A stretch of 64,000 nucleotides of DNA, from NCBI GenBank assembly GCA_009914755.4, contig CP068257.2, positions 22,976,001 to 23,040,000 of the forward strand, given 5' to 3'. Shown piece by piece: positions 56,561-64,000 of this stretch. Position 1 is the stretch's first letter, and the number at the start of each line of letters is the position of its first letter. Both the position numbers and the translations under genes were made by a program. The notes under the pieces were generated by a model. It worked only from the letters and a program-made list of their open reading frames with translations. It was not told where the DNA came from and made no database searches. The DNA is from the human T2T-CHM13v2.0 reference genome, Homo sapiens.

Positions 56561-59233
56561 AATATGGCTTTAACTTTTTCTTCTTGTTCTATGTGAGGCC
56601 CTTAATACATTAACCATAGTTTGACATATAATATATGACCAAAATTTTATTTTATATTTTTATTTTTTGAGGAAACTTTCCTCTGATACATCAATGCTAC
56701 TGTAGGAAATGAAAATGCGAATGAAAAATTAAACATTATCTACCACTGAGGGCCTTGAGATTACTTTGAAACAGATTATCAGCCTGTTTAAAGAAATTAT
56801 GAAAAAACATCAAGTTATTTCTGTTTTCTTTGACAATTATATTGTATTATGTGTGCTCTTCAAAATACCAGTAGAAGTGCTTGCCTTTCCCTGCTACAGT
56901 AGGTAAGAAAGGCACCAAATTGAATATAAAATGTGATCACTTTTTCTTTTACTCTCCTTCTTTCCACAGACTTTCCAGTAAAGTCAAAACAAACAAATAG
57001 ATGTTTCATTAATAATTTTATGAGTGCTTTTGTAAAATCTGATAAACATTTAGAAACAAATTAAGGGAAATGAACAAATAATGAGACCAACAGATGCACA
57101 CAACAATAAAAGCAATCAACATTGATTCTAGTTTTGCATGATGGTCCTTGGTGTCTTGTCTGTGTTTTCTGATGATTAATGCCTCAGGAAAACAATTTAC
57201 AGAAATCAGTATTGCAATTATTTTCTGTATCTTTTTAGGGGTTAGAGACATTGCTAAACTGTAACTGACAAAGTGATAAATCTGCACACTTTACAAATCT
57301 ATCAATTCTTATGTTTTATTTAACTATTTTCAAATGCAGCATTGTGTGAAAGCTACTGCAATAAACATTTTATTGGAAAAAATTCAAACACTTAAAGTAT
57401 GTGCTATATTTTAAGAAATAATTCAGTGATACATATAAGTCAAATGATTATTTTCTGTTAAAAAGTTAAATACAGTACAGTATGTACTTATTGTACTAGT
57501 AGTCAGGGGCAGAAGTGTGGGTGCTAACATGTTTCAGGACAAATGTCACTAGAATATCTTCAAGGCCTAGAGTCTGATTAGTAAATTAAAGGACATTTAC
57601 TTATGAATGTTTGTAATATGATATCTGCAAATTTCCTTTTACATGAAATTTGAATTATTTTTAAAGCAAAACTCAGATAAAGTTATTTCATGCATATACT
57701 ATTTAGGAAATTTGCTTTGCTTTACAACATCTGTTTTAAAGACAGTATACTACACATTTTGAGAGACTGAACATAGGTAGGACACATAATCTATCCTCAA
57801 ATTTTTGAAGCTTCCAAACAAGTTTGGTAAGGTCATGTATTTCACAATGCATTACAAATTGCATATTTGATAAACACATGTGCTTATAATTTGTCAGACA
57901 TTATTGTAAATATTTTACATCTATGCCCTTAAAATGCCCTACACAAAGGGACAAAGACATGGAGTCACAAAGCTAGGATGCAAACTCAGACAAACAGCTG
58001 AGCCTACTTTCTTAAACTCAATACTATTGTTCAAAATCTACTCCAGAATAGGCATTCTAATGGGAATATATAAAGCATAAGGTATTCTTGAGTGATTACT
58101 AGAATTATCAATAGAACCATAGACAGAAAATAAGACTGGAAATATACTGTTTTTATAGCTATGAAAGTCAAAGAAACGAATTTGAGTTGAATCTGTCATC
58201 ACTAATAAAAATTTGGTGGGGGAAGAAAAGTACAAGATGATTTCTTAGCACAGTATAGGTGTAAATTTATTCGGTTAATTAATTAAATATTTGCTTATTA
58301 GCAAACTATGTATTAAATGCCTATCATAGGTTCAGGCTTTGGGATGAGCCATGCAATAAAAATGAGAAAACAAAAAACACTGGAATCTATGGAATACTAA
58401 ATATAAGTAATATTGGGACTCATTTGTGCTTCTGGCAGAGAGAAGAAACACAAACCAGGATTATGTAACCATCATACCCAGGATTAAGTTTACATTTATA
58501 TTCATCTTCTGACAGGACACATGAGATGTCTGGATCAGAAAACAGATGTTTTATTACTCCCAGCAACATAAGTAGCCAGAGTAGCATCTTGCATTGCATT
58601 GGTTCTTTACACTCAAGTTTCTCATTAGGTGAAAAAATGAAGATATTCACCTGTGTATGTAGTGGGGTTTGCACTACCGGGAGAAAATTTGAAATTATGA
58701 GACCTGGAGTTTATCTAGGGAAGCTGGCACATTGGCCTGTCCTCACTTCTCAAGAAAGAAGGACAAAGACCTTTGAACGAATCATCTCTGTGAGGGAAAA
58801 GGATAATCCCTGGGTTTAATTAATCTCATAATATAAACAAATGTCTCCAAAAAAGACTGGGAAGACATCTATGGGTTTATTGCTTTAGAATATGATATCA
58901 GGAGCTCCAGGATTCTCATAGGCAGAATCCATGGGGATCTTTGGCTCAATGTTAATCTGTATATGCATAGAATAAAACTATGTGGCAATGAAGGAAATAC
59001 AGAAATACCATAAACTGAAGATCCTCAGAGTTCACACTTTGGTAGATATTTGACTTTTTCCAGGCAGAGGAGAGAGAACATTTAGAATAAATGGGACAGG
59101 CCAGGATTGGTGGCTTATGCCTGTAACACCAGCAATTTGAGAGACCAAGGAGGGTGGATTGCTTGAGACGAAGAGTTTGAGACCAACCGGGGCAACATGG
59201 TGAAATCCCTTCTCTATCAAAAATACAAAAATC

Positions 59234-60102
<869 letters not shown>

Positions 60103-60284
60103 CTAGATGGCATAGCAAGACCCTGTCTCAAAAGAAAAAGAAAAAGAAGAAATTAGAATAAATGGGACAGTCAATAAAGAGGCTAAAGGCATCTAGTCTT
60201 AATAATAAAGTTAAACAATTGCTAGAATTAAGGCCACTTTATAGTTGTTCTAAGTAAAAATCAAGCTGCTATGAACTGAACGTT

Positions 60285-60620
60285 TGTGTTTCTTCAAATT
60301 GCGTACATTGGTGCTTAAATCCCCAATGCAATGGTATTTGGAAGTAGAGCCTTTGGAAGATAATTATGTCATGAAGGTGAAGCCCTAATGAATAGCTTAG
60401 TGACATTATATGATGAGACAAAAGAGAAGTGATCTCTCTCTCTACTCCCTGCCACGTCGAGATACAGGAAGATGGCTATGTGCAAACCAGGAATGGGGTC
60501 CTCATCAGTTACTAAGTGCCTTGATCTTGGCGTTCAAGAATCCAGAACTGTGAGAAATAAATTTCTGTGGTTTAAGCCATCCAGTCTATGGTATTCTGTT
60601 ACTGCAGCCCAAACTGAAAC
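60285..60620 (+). mobile_element. MLT1-family MaLR LTR (3' two-thirds)
   Basis: ccaatgcaatggtatttggaagtagagcctttgg...tcatgaaggtgaagccctaatgaat...ccttgatcttggcgttcaagaatccagaactgtgagaaataaatttctgtggtttaagccatccagtctatggtattctgttactgcagcccaaactgaaacac matches the remembered MLT1 3' end. Confidence 0.75.
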
Positions 60621-62088
60621 ACATGCTGATCTGCAAGAAATTTAATTGACTGGCAAGATAAACATGAACACTTCTTAAAGGAAGACAGTTAAATCTAAAA
60701 ACTCAACAAAGTAACACTCATAATATGTGGCATGAAATAAAGTTTAGTTGACATGTGAAGAAGTAACAGTGTTATCCATAATTGGGAGAAAAATCTGTCA
60801 ATAGAAATTGACACAGAAATGTCAGAGATGATGGAATTAACACACAAGCTCATTAAAAACTTATTAACGCAAAGCTTTTAAGGAAACACTGAACATGATG
60901 AGAAGATACATTTAAATTACTTTTAAAGGGAAGTTTGTGAGTTGATACATATAATGCAATAAGGAAATAAATCATCAGATTAATTTATAAGCAGATATAC
61001 AAAGGAGAATAAAATGTTAGTTAAGTTAGAGACATAACAATAGAAATCACAGAGAAAAAATATTTTTTAAAAATGAAAGAGCCTGATGGTATATAAAGGA
61101 ATATTATAACACTGAATATAAACAGAAACTGGGAAAGAAATGGATGTCAGAAAATATTTGAATAAATAATGGCAAAACATTTCAAATTTAATGAGAGTTA
61201 TAAAACCATGAAAATTATAAAATCTATTAAGCTTAAAAAACAAGCAAACACTAGAAATATTAAAAAATCCAATCAAGACACATCAAAATCAAACTGCTGA
61301 ATACCAGCATCAGTGAGAAAATTTTATGATCATGGCTAGGAGGAAAACACATACATTCACTAAAAAATAAATACAAGTGAGATCAGAAACATTGCTGCAA
61401 CATGTTAAAACAGAAGACAATAAAACAGCAGTTAAAAGAACCAGAGAAAGACTGATTCATCGAGATTGCCTTTCGATTAAAATGTATTTCAAAAAGGAAA
61501 GAGACAACAAGAATTAAAAATATGGAAAAACCCCTAAAACTGGACACTAGAAAACTTTCATATCAAGAAGAGTAAGTTCTTCAGATGAAGAAAATAATAT
61601 AAGGCAATCTATGCAGAAGGGAAACAGAAAGTCAATAGTAAATATGTAACCAAATATAATTTTTTTTCACAACTTTGTTTCTTTAAACAAGAAAGAAACA
61701 AATCTATTACAGGATTTTAAACAAATTTAGAAATTAAAGATACCATAAAAACGTCAAAAAGGATGAAAGGGATGTTTGTATCCATTAAGTTGTATAATAT
61801 TATTTGAAAGTAGATGATAATATGTTAAAGATGCAGCTGCAGTCTGTAGACAAACCACTGAAATGTGATATAAACAGATATCTCTAATAAGGCATTAGTG
61901 GATATGAAATGAATACTAAAGAAAATAATCAAAGCAAATGCTGGAAGAAAATTGAAGACAGAAATATGACAGAAGATAGATTTTTTGGTAATAGATTTTG
62001 GAAAATAGATTTTATGTCAGAATAGATTTTTTTTTTTTAATGAGAGAAAGATGCCCAAGTATTTATTGTCTACAAGAAGCTCACTTTA

Positions 62089-62166
62089 GCCGAGATTGTG
62101 CCACGCCACTGCACTCCAGCCTGGGCGACAGAGCCAGACTCCGTCTCAAAAAAAAAAAAAAAAAAA
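62089..62166 (+). mobile_element. Severely 5'-truncated Alu (last ~55 bp plus poly-A) inserted into the old L1
   Basis: gccgagattgtgccacgccactgcactccagcctgggcgacagagccagactccgtctc followed by a 23 nt poly-A. The flanking L1 sequence is duplicated as agctcactttag / agctaactttaa (a 12 bp TSD with 2 mismatches). Confidence 0.85.
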
Positions 62167-63059
62167 GCTAACTTTAAATATAAAGATTCAGATAGGCAAA
62201 AATGAAGCAATAGAGAAAAATATATATTCTTACATTAACTTCAAGAAAGCTGGAGAATCTATATTAATTTCAGAGAAAACAACTTCAGAAAAGGGAAAAT
62301 TATGAGGAATGAAGAGAGACATTATATGACAAAATGATTAATTCTTAAAAAACTCATAATAATTAATAATGTGATTGCACTTGAATAAAGCATTAATAAT
62401 TATGATGCAAAAACTAATTAAAAAATGGAGAAGTAGATAAAACCAGTATTGTAATTGGAGACTTCAACAGTCCTCTAGTAGTAATTGATGGACAAGCAAG
62501 CATAAAATAGGAATACAGTTAACCTGAAAAGCACTATTATCAACTTAATTTAATTGATACATTTAGAACATTCCACCACAGGAAAAGCAGAATGCACATT
62601 CTTCTGAAGTTCACATGGAACATTAATTAAGACAGACTAGTTTCTTGGCCATAATGCACACTTTAACAATTTTGTATAAAAATAGAAGCCACACGAAGTA
62701 TTTTCTCAAATCTTAATGCAATTTAACTAGAAATCTATAATGAAAGGTAGCTGAAAAATTCCCAGGTATTGGAAGTTAAACAGTTAGACTTCTAAATAAT
62801 ACATTGATCAAGGAAAAGATCTGAAAATAAATTTTAAAATATACTGAACTAAGTTAAGATAAAATACAACAACTCAGATTTGTGGGATGCAGCAAAATCA
62901 GTGCTTTGAGGTAAAGTTAAAGCATTAAATGGCTGTATCAAAAAAGAAGTAAATAAAATAAACACTCTAAGCTTCTGCCTAGGAAAAATAGAGAAAGAAG
63001 ATACATTTAAGCCTAAAGCAAACAGAAAAACAGAATAGAAATAAGTTAGAGCCTGGGCT

Positions 63060-63120
63060 ATAAATGCATATGTGTGTATATATATGTGCATAAATGCATA
63101 TGTGCACACACACACACACG
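63060..63120. repeat. (TG)n/(TA)n/(CA)n compound microsatellite
   Basis: atgcatatgtgtgtatatatatgtgcataaatgcatatgtgcacacacacacacacg seen directly. Confidence 0.85.
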
Positions 63121-63828
63121 TGGATTGCCAGGAAGAGCCTTTGTAACTGCCTTTGGTCAGGCCTTAAAACAAAACAAAACGTACACACATAAATTTTTGG
63201 CCATAAACTGGATTCCTCACAGGTCTTAGAAAAAATGAATAACTGTAAATATTCATTTTAGAAAAAAATTAGAAACCTAAAATTGATATGCTAAGAATAT
63301 AACTCAAGGAGTGATCAAAATTAAAATAAAAAAATCTAAAGACTGTAGGAAGAAAGATATAAGTGTAGAAATTAATTGAAAAGAAATGGACCGAAAACAT
63401 AAAATATTTAGAGACACTAAAACATGAGAAAATCTCTTGCTAATGGTTCAGTGTTCTACTCCAATTAGTCTTTTTGCAGTAACAAAAGAAGAACAAATCA
63501 CTTTAGAAATAAATACATACATGAACATAAAACATACATACTAGTAAAATATGTCCATGAAGAAGTAGAAAATATGGATAATCCTTTAGCTGACAAAATT
63601 TTGGAATCATTAAAAAGCTTCCCACCAAAAAAAAAATGATAATGCATAGATGGTTTTCTAAATGAATTTCAGCCAATACTTAAGGTATAAAAGTTTTTTT
63701 TAAAATTTTTTATTTCCACAGGTTTTTGGGGAACACATAGTATTTGGTTACATGAGTAAGCTCTTTAGAAGTGATTTGTGAGATTTTGGTGCACACATCA
63801 CCTAAGCAGTTTACACTGAATGCATGTA

Positions 63829-64000
63829 TTAGTCTGTTTTCACGCTGCTGACAAAGTCATACAGAAACTGGGAAGAAAAGGAGGTTTAATTGGACTTAAG
63901 AGTTCCACATGTCTGGGGAGGCCTCAGAATCATGGGAGGAGGTGAAATGCACTTCTTGCATGTCAGTGGCAAGAGAAAAATGAGGACGAAGCAACAGCGG
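63829..64000 (-). mobile_element. MaLR LTR of the THE1/MST type, antisense, running off the window end
   Basis: gcatgtattagtctgttttcacgctgctgacaaagtcatacagaaactgggaagaaaaggaggtttaattggacttaagagttccacatgtctggggaggcctcagaatcatgggaggaggtgaaatgcacttcttgcatgtcagtggcaagag matches the reverse complement of the remembered MaLR LTR 3' end (ctgtattagtc.gttctcacactgctaataaagacatacc.gagactggg...). Confidence 0.7.

Larger units (their letters stand above)
60650..63640 (+). mobile_element. Ancient, heavily decayed LINE-1 (L1M/L1PB-grade) covering late ORF1 and the 5' half of ORF2
   Basis: Collinear matches to the remembered L1 ORF2 endonuclease and early RT region: attgtctacaagaagctcactttag / aactttaaatataaagattcagataggcaaaaat; gaaagctggagaatctatattaatttcagagaaaacaacttcag; gtaattggagacttcaacagtcctctagtagtaattgatgga; cattccaccacaggaaaagcagaatgcacattcttctgaagttcacatggaacatt; aaatacaacaactcagatttgtgggatgcagcaaaatcagtgctttgagg; cccaccaaaaaaaa..atg..atagatggttttctaaatgaatttc. 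Many stop codons, no intact ORF. Confidence 0.6.

Overview
This window reads as primate (almost certainly human) nuclear DNA from a gene-poor, repeat-rich region. It is not a prokaryotic or phage locus. There are no long ORFs: the longest is 147 aa and every ORF over about 60 aa falls inside a recognisable repeat. About 20 Alu SINEs or Alu fragments lie on both strands, most with a poly-A/poly-T tail and several with flanking target-site duplications (TSDs). Many of the track ORFs are simply Alu translations, for example the peptides containing [18 protein letters not shown] or [12 protein letters not shown]. Other transposon content includes a Tigger1-like pogo DNA transposon with a decayed transposase ORF, young and ancient LINE-1 fragments, and several MaLR-type LTRs of the MLT1 and THE1/MST families. 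Two same-orientation MLT1 LTRs bracket about 1.5 kb like a provirus remnant. Numerous microsatellites and one roughly 700 bp AT-rich minisatellite with a 34 bp unit are present. I found no CRISPR array, rRNA gene, tRNA gene, operon or convincing protein-coding exon. The most notable structures are three nested or target-duplicated insertions that date each other: a L1PA 3' fragment inside an Alu, an Alu inside an older LTR-like repeat, and an Alu 3' fragment inside an old L1. Others are a local 250 bp duplication, two diverged copies of an unclassified 0.9 kb repeat, a GC-rich LTR/promoter-like block, and a possible ERV gag-pro relic with a DTGS motif. Coordinates are by-eye estimates, good to a few bp. 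Family and subfamily names come from recalled consensus features and need RepeatMasker/Dfam confirmation.
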